From an uncultured Methylomirabilota bacterium (lineage in GTDB: Bacteria; Methylomirabilota; Methylomirabilia; Methylomirabilales; 2-02-FULL-66-22): a stretch of 64,000 nt of DNA. The notes under the pieces are model-generated. The model worked only from the letters and a program-made list of their open reading frames with translations. It was not told where the DNA came from and did not search any database. The stretch is from assembly GCA_963705305.1 (NCBI GenBank), contig OY970067.1, forward strand, positions 96,001 to 160,000, given 5' to 3'. How positions within the stretch are numbered: position 1 is the first letter of the stretch; each line of letters opens with the position of its first letter. Position numbers and translations under genes: made by a program. Positions 36,898 to 45,957 of the stretch are shown here, in pieces.

Positions 36898-36927
36898 TTC
36901 GAAATTCGAACTTCGAAATTCGAATTT
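36898..36927. repeat. TTCGAAN 7-mer array, exact 30-bp reverse complement of 34050-34079
   Basis: TTCGAAATTCGAACTTCGAAATTCGAATTT. Confidence 0.8.
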
Positions 36928-38401
36928 AAAGTCGCTCCGCCAGTCCTTCCCGCTCGATGCGGTGCGGCGTGTAGCCGATATCCCGGGGGCCCTTGGCCCT
37001 GCCCACCTCGACGCAGGACTTGGACGTCGGAAAAATCTTGCCGGGGTTGAGTAAGCCGTCCGGATTCCATACGTGCTTGAGGCGAGCCATGGCCTCCAGG
37101 TCTGCGGGCGAGTACATGAGCGGCATGAAGTCCCGCTTCTCCAGGCCCACGCCGTGCTCCCCGGTGATGCTCCCCCCCACGGCGATGCACCGCCGCATGA
37201 TCTCGGCCCCCATGGCCTCCGCGCGCTCCACCTCCCCTTCCACGCGGTTGTCATACAGGATGAGGGGGTGCAGGTTCCCGTCGCCGGCGTGAAACACGTT
37301 GGCCACACGCAGGCCGTAGGTCCGGCTGAGCGCTTCGATCTCGCCCAGGATCTTCAGGAGCTGCGTCCGGGGGATCACCCCGTCCTGCACGTAGTACTCC
37401 GGGCTGATCTGCCCCATGGCCGCGAAGGTCGCCTTGCGGCCCTTCCAGAGCAGCGCTCGCTCGGCGTCGTCCCTGGCCACGCGGGCCTCGCGCATGCGGT
37501 TCGCCTCTCCCACGGCCAGCACCGGTCCCGCCAATGCCTCCACCTCGGCGCGCGGCCCGTCCAGCTCGACCAGGAGCACGGCCCCGGCATCGGTCGGGTA
37601 GCCCGCGTGCGTCCCCTTCTCGACCGCCTGGATGCTCAGGCTGTCCATCATCTCGATCGCCGCCGGGATGATCCCCCGGCCAATCAGCCCGGACACGGTC
37701 GCGCTCGCGTCGGCGATCGTCTCGAAGACCAGCAGCATGGTCCGCACCGCTTCCGGCCGCCTCAGCAGCCGCACCACGATCTTGGTGGCGATCCCGAAGG
37801 TCCCCTCGGAGCCGACGAAAATGCCGGTCAGGTCATAGCCGAGGGTGTCCGCCGTCCAGCCGCCGATCTGCACCACCTGGCCCGAGGCCAGGACCACCTC
37901 CAGGCCCAGCACGTGGTTGGTGGTGACCCCGTACTTCAGGCAGTGGGGGCCGCCCGAGTTTTCGGCCACGTTCCCCCCGATGCTGCAGGCGGTCTGGCTG
38001 GCCGGGTCCGGCGCGTAGTAGAAGCCCCGCGGCCCGACGTGGTTGCTCAGCCAGATGTTCACCAGCCCCGGCTCGATGACCGCCCGTTGGTTGGCGTAGT
38101 CCACCTCCAGAACGCGGTTCATGCGGTTCAGGCCGATGACCACCCCTCCCTCCACGGCCAGCGCCCCGCCCGACAGTCCCGTCCCGGCCCCGCGCGGCAC
38201 GAAGGGGATGCGCTCCCGGGCGCACAGCCGCACCGCCTCGGCGACCTCCTCCGTCCGCCCGGGGAGGACCACGATGTCCGGCGCCGCCTTGAAGATGGTC
38301 AGCCCGTCCGTCTCGTAGACCTTGAGCTCGGCCGGGTCGGAGATCACATATTCCGGCCCGACCACCTTGCGCAGTTCCCGGATGAGTCGTGCGCGTTCCA
38401 T
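36926..38401 (-). CDS. glcD: Glycolate oxidase subunit GlcD (FAD-linked oxidase)
   Basis: PRGAGTGLSGG, APDPAS, GGPHCLKYG, FHAGDGNLHP, GEHGVG. Confidence 0.93.
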   Translation of the reverse strand: MERARLIRELRKVVGPEYVISDPAELKVYETDGLTIFKAAPDIVVLPGRTEEVAEAVRLCARERIPFVPRGAGTGLSGGALAVEGGVVIGLNRMNRVLEVDYANQRAVIEPGLVNIWLSNHVGPRGFYYAPDPASQTACSIGGNVAENSGGPHCLKYGVTTNHVLGLEVVLASGQVVQIGGWTADTLGYDLTGIFVGSEGTFGIATKIVVRLLRRPEAVRTMLLVFETIADASATVSGLIGRGIIPAAIEMMDSLSIQAVEKGTHAGYPTDAGAVLLVELDGPRAEVEALAGPVLAVGEANRMREARVARDDAERALLWKGRKATFAAMGQISPEYYVQDGVIPRTQLLKILGEIEALSRTYGLRVANVFHAGDGNLHPLILYDNRVEGEVERAEAMGAEIMRRCIAVGGSITGEHGVGLEKRDFMPLMYSPADLEAMARLKHVWNPDGLLNPGKIFPTSKSCVEVGRAKGPRDIGYTPHRIEREGLAERL

Positions 38402-38597
38402 GGTCGTCTCTTTCGAAGGAGCGGGATGGGATCAGAGCACGCCGAGGGAAGAGGGGACGTCCGGATACGAACGGATTATGACTCCCGGGCCGATGCTAGA
38501 CCAGCAACGCGGCTTGTCAAGGAGATTTCCCGGGGTCTTCGGGGTCTGGAAGGGAGGATGCGCCAAGCCCGGGCCGGCGTGTGGCGGACTCGGCGGA

Positions 38598-39923
38598 CTA
38601 CGTTTCTATGCTCCTGTCCAGCCAGCGGGCGGTGCGCAGCAGCCTGGCATCGTCCCCCCGCCTGCCGACCAGTTGCGCGCCCAGGGGCATTCCGTGCGGG
38701 CCCTGGAGAATGGGAAGTGTCACCGCCGGCATGCCGCAGAAGGTCCAGATGGTGCAGAAGATGGGGCTGCCGGTGGATTCCAGTCCCCGGGGAGCCTCCC
38801 CCGCCGTCGCCGGGGTCAAGACCGCGTCATACTCCTCGAACAATCCGTCCAGCTCTTGATTGACCACCGCGATCTGCCCCAGCGCACGGTTGTAATCGAC
38901 GGCTCTCGTCTGCTGCCCGCGCTCGATCATCTCCCGGAGGCCAGGGCTGAGCTTGTCTCGCCCCCGGGCATATTCCCGCTCAAAGCTGCGGGCCAGATCC
39001 GCTTCATGGATGGTCCGATGCCAGTCCACTGCCTTCTGGAAGACCGGCGGCAGCTCGACCTCTCCGGCAGCCGGCCCCAGGTGCTCGACCAGCTCTCCGA
39101 AGGCCCGATGCGTCTCCGGTTCGGCCTGATCCCACATCGGCGTCTTCACAAACGCGAGGCGCGGAGGCACCGGGGGGTCCTCGGCAGCCGCCTCCGCCAG
39201 GGGCGCGCGCGACCGGGGCTCCGTGTCGGGATCCGATTCATCGGAGACGACAAGCTCTCCCGCGAGCAGCGCCGCATCCCCGACGGAGCGGGCAAAGACC
39301 CCGACCTGATCCAGCGGCCGCGACTGGGCCAGAATGCCATGCCGAGAGATGAGGCCGTGCGTGGGCTTGTACCCGTACACTCCGCAATAGGCCGCCGGCC
39401 GGATGACCGATCCGTTGGTCTGCGTACCGATGGCCAGGGGCACCATGCAGGCCGCCACCGCGGCAGCCGACCCGCTGGACGACCCGCCGGGGGTTCGCTC
39501 GGGATCGTGGGGATTTCGGGTCTTTCCCGGGAAGTACACGGCCAGCTCGGTGGTCACGGTCTTCCCCAGGATGACCGCCCCAGCTTCCCGCAGCAACCGG
39601 ACGACGGTGGCGTCCCTGGTTGGCTGCCGCCCGGCATGCAGCACGGTGCCGTTCTCCGTGGGCATGTCCTTGGTGTCGAGGATGTCCTTGACGCCCACCG
39701 GAACCCCGTGCAGCGGGCCGAGCGGCTGCCTCTCCTTGCGGGCCGCGTCCCGGGCGCGGGCCTGGCTCAGCGCATGGGCGGGATCCAGATACGCCCACGC
39801 ACCGACTTTCCCTTCGAGCTCCCGGATGCGCTCCAGGCAGGCCCCGACCACCTCCTCCGATGTAATCCGGCCCGAGCGAATGGCCTCCGCCGCCTCCGAG
39901 GCTCCCAGCGCTGTCAGCATCAT
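38598..39923 (-). CDS. Amidase-signature family protein
   Basis: GVKD, PGGSSSGSAAAVA, GTQTNGSVIRPAAYCG. Confidence 0.93.
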   Translation of the reverse strand: MMLTALGASEAAEAIRSGRITSEEVVGACLERIRELEGKVGAWAYLDPAHALSQARARDAARKERQPLGPLHGVPVGVKDILDTKDMPTENGTVLHAGRQPTRDATVVRLLREAGAVILGKTVTTELAVYFPGKTRNPHDPERTPGGSSSGSAAAVAACMVPLAIGTQTNGSVIRPAAYCGVYGYKPTHGLISRHGILAQSRPLDQVGVFARSVGDAALLAGELVVSDESDPDTEPRSRAPLAEAAAEDPPVPPRLAFVKTPMWDQAEPETHRAFGELVEHLGPAAGEVELPPVFQKAVDWHRTIHEADLARSFEREYARGRDKLSPGLREMIERGQQTRAVDYNRALGQIAVVNQELDGLFEEYDAVLTPATAGEAPRGLESTGSPIFCTIWTFCGMPAVTLPILQGPHGMPLGAQLVGRRGDDARLLRTARWLDRSIET

Positions 39924-39996
39924 GGTCCTGCCGCCTCCGCCTCGATCCCCGTGGGCGCCGGGGCCAGAGGCCCCGGCCGTAGCGCGGCGCCGGCTG

Positions 39997-40305
39997 TCAG
40001 CGCGGCTCCAGAATCTGAAGGGATGACCCCGCCACGAGGTCCTTCACCCGCTCCCGGTACTCGGCCATGTGCGGCGCCGCCAGGTGGGCCCGAAGCGCCT
40101 GCAGGCTCTCCCACTGCTCCACGACCGTCACCACATTCTCGCGCGGGGGAATCTGGCGGGGGATGTCGGCCTTCACATCCACGGTCGGCCCGTAGGCGAT
40201 GCAGCCCTTCTCGGCGCGGACGTTGGGCAGATTCCGGTGGAACTCCGCCAGGAACGCATCACGCTTTCCCGGCTTCACCTCGATTGTCGCAATCACGTAG
40301 ATCAT
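39997..40305 (-). CDS. Antibiotic-biosynthesis monooxygenase domain protein (YgiN-like)
   Basis: IYVIATIEVKPG, EKGCIAY, EQWES..L.AHL. Confidence 0.88.
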   Translation of the reverse strand: MIYVIATIEVKPGKRDAFLAEFHRNLPNVRAEKGCIAYGPTVDVKADIPRQIPPRENVVTVVEQWESLQALRAHLAAPHMAEYRERVKDLVAGSSLQILEPR

Positions 40306-40345
40306 CGTCTCTCCTCTGGCAATAGGATTCACGCCAACCCCTCCC

Positions 40346-41050
40346 TCATCCCTTTTCCCGCCCCCGCCCCGCATCCCGAGCGTAGAAGGCGCACAGCGAG
40401 CGCAGGGGGCAATGGTCGCAGGCCGGGCTGCGCGCCGTGCACACCAGGGCGCCGAGATCCATCAGTGCCTGGTTGAACGCCCATGCCTGATCCTCGGGCA
40501 CGAGCGCGGAGGCCAGCGCCCAGAGCCGGCGATCGAGCGCGGCAGCTCCGGCCGGCCGGCGGCGCACGAAGACCCGGCTCAGCACGCGGCGGACGTTGGT
40601 GTCCAGGATGGATGCGGGCGTCCCGTACGCGAAGCTCACCACGGCGCCGGCCGTGTACCGCCCCACCCCGGGCAGGTCCTGAACCTCCTCTAGTCGCCGC
40701 GGAAAACGCCCCCCGTGCTCCTCGGCAATTTTTCTCGCCGCGGCGTGAAGGTTTCGCGCCCGTGCGTAATAGCCCAGCCCGTCCCAGGATTCGCGCACCC
40801 GGGCCGGCTCGGCCGCCGCCAGCTCCTGGACGGTCGGGTACTCCCGCAGGAAGCGCCGGTAGTAGCCCCGCACCCGCTGCACCTGTGTCTGCTGGAGCAT
40901 CACCTCCGAGACCAGGATCTTGTAGGGGTCGCGGGTCCGGCGCCACGGCAGGTCCCGCCCATTGTGCCGGAACCAGAGGAGAAGCCGCGATCGGAATCGT
41001 CGGGTCTCGGCCACATCCAGGCGCGGGCGATACGGGCGGGTCGTCCCCAC
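40346..41050 (-). CDS. mutY: A/G-specific adenine glycosylase, catalytic HhH-GPD domain only
   Basis: RDLPWR, SEVMLQQTQV, WDGLGYYARARNLH, LPGVGRYTAGA, NQALMDLGA, CX6CX2CX5C. Confidence 0.9.
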   Translation of the reverse strand: MGTTRPYRPRLDVAETRRFRSRLLLWFRHNGRDLPWRRTRDPYKILVSEVMLQQTQVQRVRGYYRRFLREYPTVQELAAAEPARVRESWDGLGYYARARNLHAAARKIAEEHGGRFPRRLEEVQDLPGVGRYTAGAVVSFAYGTPASILDTNVRRVLSRVFVRRRPAGAAALDRRLWALASALVPEDQAWAFNQALMDLGALVCTARSPACDHCPLRSLCAFYARDAGRGREKG

Positions 41051-41052
41051 GG

Positions 41053-41445
41053 TTACGCGATCTCCCCGCACGCTATCCGCTGCACCACCGCCCGGTCGGC
41101 CTCCAGGAAATCGTAGACGGGCAGATCCCGCGGCCAGATCCACTCGATCCGCTCGAAGGCCAGATTTTGCAGGATCCCGGAATAGCGGGGGACCCGAAAG
41201 AACAGCAGCCGGACGGCGAATCCGTCGGGATACCGGTGATCGGTCCGGTGAACCTCCGGGCCGACGGCAACCCGAACTCCCAGCTCCTCCATGAGCTCCC
41301 GCTCGAGACAGGCCTCGGGCGACTCGCCCGGCTCGATCTTGCCGCCAGGGAACTCCCACTTCAGGCCGAAACGGCTCCCCGCGCGCCGCTGGCAGACCAG
41401 GACGCGTCCCCCGTCGATCAGGATTCCGGCCGTCACCAAGACCAT
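41053..41445 (-). CDS. MutT/NudG-like NUDIX (d)NTP pyrophosphohydrolase
   Basis: WEFPGGKIEPGESPEACLERELMEELGV Nudix box. Confidence 0.92.
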   Translation of the reverse strand: MVLVTAGILIDGGRVLVCQRRAGSRFGLKWEFPGGKIEPGESPEACLERELMEELGVRVAVGPEVHRTDHRYPDGFAVRLLFFRVPRYSGILQNLAFERIEWIWPRDLPVYDFLEADRAVVQRIACGEIA

Positions 41446-41846
41446 GCAATCGCCCCCGCCTCACGACGCGCCAGCCCGCGCGAATGCGTCCGGCACCCAG
41501 GAAAGGACGAGGGAGTTTCAATCGACTAGAGCAGAAAAGATCTCCCGGGGGGCCGATCCGAGGCCGGAACAGGGCGGGTATAGGCCTTGTAGCGGCACCC
41601 TGCCGCCCGCCGAGCGCGTCCCCGTGGAACGTCGTGCCACACGGTAATCAAAGGCGGCCACCCGGTCAAGTCCTTTTTCCGCTCGGCGGGATCGGGAATC
41701 CCCGCGTATCGAACTCCTGGATGACCCGCCCCGGGCTCCGAATGTCGAACGGCCGAACTCGGGCCTTGCGCTTTGCTCCTTCTCCCTGTAAAGATGATGG
41801 GCAACAAGAGAGTCTCCGGGTCGATTCCATTGAAGAAGGAGTGGCC

Positions 41847-42419
41847 ATGGGGAAGCGCAAGACGCGAAAGCCGGCGGCCGCGAGGGAGAAGTACCCGGCA
41901 AAACCCCGGTGGAAGCTCTGGGCCGTCGCGGCCGGGGTCCTGGTGGTGCTGGGTGGGGGGATAACCTACTGGGCCTTCACCAGCAAAGCAGGGGCCTCCG
42001 TGGGGCGGACCGCCCCGAACTTCACCCTCGATCTGTTGAAGGGGGGGAGCCTCAACCTTTCCAGTCTGAGAGGGAAGGCCGTCGTGCTGAATTTCTGGGC
42101 GTCCGGCTGACCGCACTGCCAACGGGAGGCTCCCGTTCTCGCAGAGCTCTACGAGCAGTACCACGCCAAGGGACTTGAGTTCGTCGGCGTGAGTGTGAGC
42201 TGGGATACTGCCAGCGACGCCGAGGGGTTCGTCGAGGAACACCACATCCCCTATCCGGAGGGCTACGACTCGGGAGGGGCGATTTCTAACCTGTACAAAG
42301 TGGACGAGACACCCACCACCCTCTTCATCGCTAAAGACGGGAAGGTGATGGAGCGCCACGAGGGGGAGATGGAGAAGGCGGAGTTCGAGCAGCGGATCCA
42401 GAAGCTTTTGGCGGAGTGA
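41847..42419 (+). CDS. Membrane-anchored TlpA/ResA-family thioredoxin, probable selenoprotein (Sec at TGA 42108-42110), 190 aa
   Basis: Read-through gives APNFTL...VVLNFWASG-U-PHCQREAP...PTTLFI; TGA occupies the first Cys position of CxxC. Confidence 0.88.
42121..42137 (+). promoter_or_regulatory. Candidate bacterial SECIS hairpin
   Basis: AACGGGA-GGC-TCCCGTT, starting at the 11th nt after the UGA, with G in the loop. Confidence 0.7.
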
Positions 42420-42683
42420 CGCGGGGGGCTCGGTCTTCACGTGCGGCCGGTGAAAAGACCGCAGGGCCGGCGGCAGATTCTGGCCGCCGGCCTTGTATTT
42501 GTCCAGCATCGCCGACAGACTTGGGGCGATCGTTCGGTCCTGCACACCGGGACGCCGGGCAGGGCGGCTTTTGGCTCACCCCCCCTGCCTGGCCAAGACC
42601 CGGGAGCACCCGACCCGGGCTTCCGGCGCCTCACAGGCCGGGCAGCCAGGTCCGGACCGCACGGAAAGGGAAGGAGAGGCGAC

Positions 42684-43445
42684 GTGGCAGGTCAGTGGAC
42701 GATCCGACCGCTCTGCTTTGGCGAGTTCCCGCGCTTCGAAAAATCCGTCTTCACCTACAACCGGGACGCCGGCGAGAAGATCCGAGCGCCCCTTCTGGGT
42801 TGGCTGCTCCGGTCTGGGCCGGAGGCGATCCTGGTCGATACGGGCACGTCGGCCCCCGAGGTCGCCAACCGCTGGCACACGGCCATCCAGCGGGCGCCCC
42901 ACCAGGCCCCTGCTGCCGCCCTCCAGGCGGCAGGGGTGGATCCGGAACAGCTCCGGCTTGTCATCCTGACGCACCTGCACTGGGACCACTGCTACAACCT
43001 GGAGTGCTTCCCGGCCGCCAGGTTCCTGGTGCAGGCGGAGGAGCTAAGGACTGCCGTGCATCCCCTCCCGACCCAGCGGATCCCGTACGAGGTGGGGATC
43101 CCGGACCTGACTCCCCCCTGGCTGACGGCGCTCAATCGGCTGGAGGTGATCCAGGGAGATATCGAGGTGGCTCCGGGGGTGCGGACCGTGATGCTTCCCG
43201 GCCATACGCCGGGATTGCAGGGGGTGGCAGTCGAGACGTCCGCCGGCGTCCATCTGATCGCAAGCGACGCCCTGCCGCTGTATGCCAATCTTGGAGGAAG
43301 GGGCGGCGATCCCATTCCGCCTGGAATCCATATCGATGTGGCCGCCTGCCTCCGCTCGTTCGAGCGGATGCGGGCCGTCGCCGAGGTCATCCTGCCCAGC
43401 CACGACCTGCGGGTGCTGGACCATCCCGTCTACCCGGCGGCGTGA
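42684..43445 (+). CDS. N-acyl-homoserine-lactonase family metallo-beta-lactamase
   Basis: LVDTG, THLHWDH, PGHTPG, ASD, PSHD; GTG start after AGGAG. Confidence 0.88.
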   Translation: MAGQWTIRPLCFGEFPRFEKSVFTYNRDAGEKIRAPLLGWLLRSGPEAILVDTGTSAPEVANRWHTAIQRAPHQAPAAALQAAGVDPEQLRLVILTHLHWDHCYNLECFPAARFLVQAEELRTAVHPLPTQRIPYEVGIPDLTPPWLTALNRLEVIQGDIEVAPGVRTVMLPGHTPGLQGVAVETSAGVHLIASDALPLYANLGGRGGDPIPPGIHIDVAACLRSFERMRAVAEVILPSHDLRVLDHPVYPAA

Positions 43446-43637
43446 GGGAAAACTCCGGCAGCCTTCAGTCGTGCAGCCAACTCCCCTGGAGCGCGTACCA
43501 GAGCAGGAGCCTCGCCAGAAAACCGACACCCATGTTCCACATGAACGGGCTGCCGGCGACCCACCGCCCTTCCTTGCCCCGAATCGAACAGGCCTCGCCG
43601 GGAGGCGCTGCCGGACGCCCACAGAGGAAACCGGCTC

Positions 43638-43994
43638 TCAGCGAGCTGCCTTGGGCGGCGACTGCTCCGGAACGAGCACTTCCATTCGCAGGATGACCCT
43701 GCGCACCTCGCCCGGCTTCAGCGCCCCCAGCCCCACAGCCCGCCGTGCCAGCAGCTCTCCCTCGCCGTCCTGGACCTCGACGAGGACGGTATACTCGCAG
43801 GCTTCATCGCAGCCCGGGTGACGAACCGTTCCATCGACCGTCAGGGGACAGACCGTGTTGCCGGTAGGCAGCGGGGGTGGGGCAATTTCCGCCCGCAACC
43901 GGCGGTTGCAGGCCGGACAGATCGCCGCACTTCGCAGGATCCGCTCTCCGCAGTGAGGGCAGTCCCATGACTCCCCGGTTGTTCCGACGCTCAC
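43638..43994 (-). CDS. Hypothetical protein with N-terminal double CxxC zinc ribbon
   Basis: CPHC..CPAC; start overlaps the bactofilin stop. Confidence 0.7.
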   Translation of the reverse strand: MSVGTTGESWDCPHCGERILRSAAICPACNRRLRAEIAPPPLPTGNTVCPLTVDGTVRHPGCDEACEYTVLVEVQDGEGELLARRAVGLGALKPGEVRRVILRMEVLVPEQSPPKAAR

Positions 43995-44512
43995 CGCACG
44001 GCCCCCGGCTGATTCTCGGTTGGATACGACGACTCCAGCTCACCCTCTTTCCACCCGAACTCAACCTTTCCGCGCATCTTGGAGCCCGCGGCCACAGTCA
44101 GGCTGCCGGCCTTGAGATCGCCGATGATCGTGCCGGACTCCCGCAACTCGACCCGCGACCCGGCCGCAATATGGCCCCGGACCTCGCCGCCGACGAGGAC
44201 GGTGTTGGCATTCGTCTCGCCATCGATCACTGCACCCGGATCGATCGCCAGCTCGCCCTTGACATTGATCGCGCCCTTGAACTTGCCGGCCACGCGGATG
44301 CTTCCCTCTCCCTCAATCTTTCCCTCAATCGTCAGGCCTGCGGCCAGAATGGACTCGGTCCGGTTTGGCTGCGTTGTCGCCATTGATCGCTCCTCCCTGT
44401 GCCCTGATGGCCCGGCGGCAGGCATGCCCCCGCGCTCGGATGCCGACTTGACGTACTGCCCGGGTTCCACCGGAGGCTCGTCCTTCTGCGGCTGCCGCGA
44501 GAATATCCCCAT
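43991..44512 (-). CDS. Bactofilin (polymer-forming cytoskeletal protein)
   Basis: SILAAGLTIEGKI.G.GSIRVAGKFKG..., GDLKAGSLTVAAG beta-helix repeats. Confidence 0.9.
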   Translation of the reverse strand: MGIFSRQPQKDEPPVEPGQYVKSASERGGMPAAGPSGHREERSMATTQPNRTESILAAGLTIEGKIEGEGSIRVAGKFKGAINVKGELAIDPGAVIDGETNANTVLVGGEVRGHIAAGSRVELRESGTIIGDLKAGSLTVAAGSKMRGKVEFGWKEGELESSYPTENQPGAVR

Positions 44513-44612
44513 GACTTACCCCCCTGGTACGGATGCCGGAAGATCCCGACTGCCCAGAAATGATCGCGGGCGGCGCCTGCACACGGACGGCGCATAGCCG
44601 GTACGGCCGGGC

Positions 44613-45080
44613 TCACGCAGAGCGATGCTGCGTTTTCGAGGAAGACGATCCGGCGCTGCGGGACAGGCGGGAAATGTACACTCGGTGGAACAGCGCATCT
44701 TCATCGGAGGCGTAGCCTGTCACCAGCATACCGTGGAGAGCGCCCCCCGAGACTCTATCGGCCTTCGGGACACACCAGACCACGTGACCGCGAAGCCGCA
44801 GGCCGATGCCGCTGATATTGCACCGGATCTCGATGGAGGTTCCCGGGGGAATTTGCATATCCAGAATAAGGCCGCACCCCTCCTTGGACATGTCGCGGAG
44901 CATACCCCAGAACACGTTCTGGGCATCCAGGGATACCCCCTCGATGGGATGCTGGATCGAGTATCGGGGATGACGCCGACGTTCCGTCCCGGAGTGTGTG
45001 GTCACGTCTCCGCTCCAAGGCTTGGGATTGTCCGGGCTGCCGTTCAAGCGCACCGCCTGCGGGTGCTCGGTCGGAAGCAC
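44613..45080 (-). CDS. PilZ-domain protein
   Basis: RxxxR (RRHPR), DxSxxG (DMSKEG), GHVVW; start codon uncertain. Confidence 0.8.
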   Translation of the reverse strand: MLPTEHPQAVRLNGSPDNPKPWSGDVTTHSGTERRRHPRYSIQHPIEGVSLDAQNVFWGMLRDMSKEGCGLILDMQIPPGTSIEIRCNISGIGLRLRGHVVWCVPKADRVSGGALHGMLVTGYASDEDALFHRVYISRLSRSAGSSSSKTQHRSA

Positions 45081-45098
45081 GCCCAGCGCGTCGCAATC

Positions 45099-45674
45099 TC
45101 AGGCAGACTTCCGCTCCTTCTTGAAGACGACCTTGAAAACCTCGTCGATATCGGCGAGCTTGATCGGCTTCGCCAAGAGCATAGCCGGCCCCAGCTGTAA
45201 GGCAGCCAGGGTCTCCTCGTGGTGAGGAAATCCGGTGATAATGATGACGACGGCTTCAGGGTCCCGCCGCTTGATGGCTCGGATGAGGGAGGCTCCTCTC
45301 ATGCCGGGAAGGATGATGTCGAGGAAGATCAAGTCGAAATGATTTTCACGAAGGGTCTGGAGAGCCTGTCGACCGTTCGAGGCCAGCGTCACCTCGCAGC
45401 CTTTGACCCGCAAGACACTCTCAAAGGCCTCCCGCACGGACGCCTCATCATCCACGACGAGGACCCGCGGAGACGAAGAGGATGACGGCATGCTCAGCGG
45501 AATCTGGTTATCGGCCAAGAACCTTCTGAACTCGTCCAGCGGGATCCGGTGACGGCCGCCGGGGACCCGGTAGGCCTTGAGCTTCCCGGTGCGGATCCAG
45601 CCCAAGACCGCCACCGACGTGACGTGCAGCAGCCGCGCCACTTCCCCGGTGCTCAAGGGCCGCTCGTCGGGCAT
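45099..45674 (-). CDS. Response regulator with N-terminal excisionase-like HTH
   Basis: LSTGEVARLL..WIRTGKLKAYRVPGGRHRI followed by receiver (VVDD, D..LP, KP). Confidence 0.9.
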   Translation of the reverse strand: MPDERPLSTGEVARLLHVTSVAVLGWIRTGKLKAYRVPGGRHRIPLDEFRRFLADNQIPLSMPSSSSSPRVLVVDDEASVREAFESVLRVKGCEVTLASNGRQALQTLRENHFDLIFLDIILPGMRGASLIRAIKRRDPEAVVIIITGFPHHEETLAALQLGPAMLLAKPIKLADIDEVFKVVFKKERKSA

Positions 45675-45707
45675 GGGGCAGACCTCCTTTGCGTTTTTAG
45701 TGAAGAT

Positions 45708-45737
45708 AAACTACTTACTAACAAACTGCTCTGTCAA
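45708..45737 (-). promoter_or_regulatory. Sigma70-type promoter of the HTH-receiver gene
   Basis: TTGACA-18-TAGTTT in an AT-rich patch. Confidence 0.5.
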
Positions 45738-45957
45738 CTCCAAAATCTTCGGGGCCGCGCAGGGGGCGCCGGGACTCGGTCAGGGGATGGCCCGTCGCCA
45801 CCCCACCTCCGCCCGTCCGCCGGTGGACACTTCCGCGGCGGGAAGGGGGAGCACCCTGCCGGGCTGGCAGCTATCCGAGAATCACACGCTCCTTCTCCCG
45901 GCGTTCGGACGGGGGAGGGGACGGCGTCGCGGAGAGCGGCTTCCGACGGCCGGCGGG

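Noticed and set aside
34050..36927. TTCGAA arrays and the other repeats as a CRISPR array
   Set aside because: There is no repeat-spacer periodicity with unique spacers, and no cas genes in the window.
41460..41670. Possible riboswitch in the long leader upstream of the NUDIX gene (after a TTGACC-17-TACCGT promoter on the minus strand)
   Set aside because: I could not match any aptamer consensus (SAH, guanidine, ZTP, fluoride); the GC-rich stems may be chance. An Rfam scan would settle it.
42684..43445. Quorum-quenching system
   Set aside because: The HxHxDH lactonase family is broad and no LuxI/LuxR context is present, so the substrate cannot be inferred.
43466..43543. Minus-strand 25-codon hydrophobic ORF MWNMGVGFLARLLLWYALQGSWLHD
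   Set aside because: No ribosome-binding site at a suitable distance and no recognisable family.
45099..45674. Excisionase as a sign of a prophage or ICE
   Set aside because: The HTH is fused to a receiver domain, a common regulator architecture, and no integrase or phage genes are nearby.
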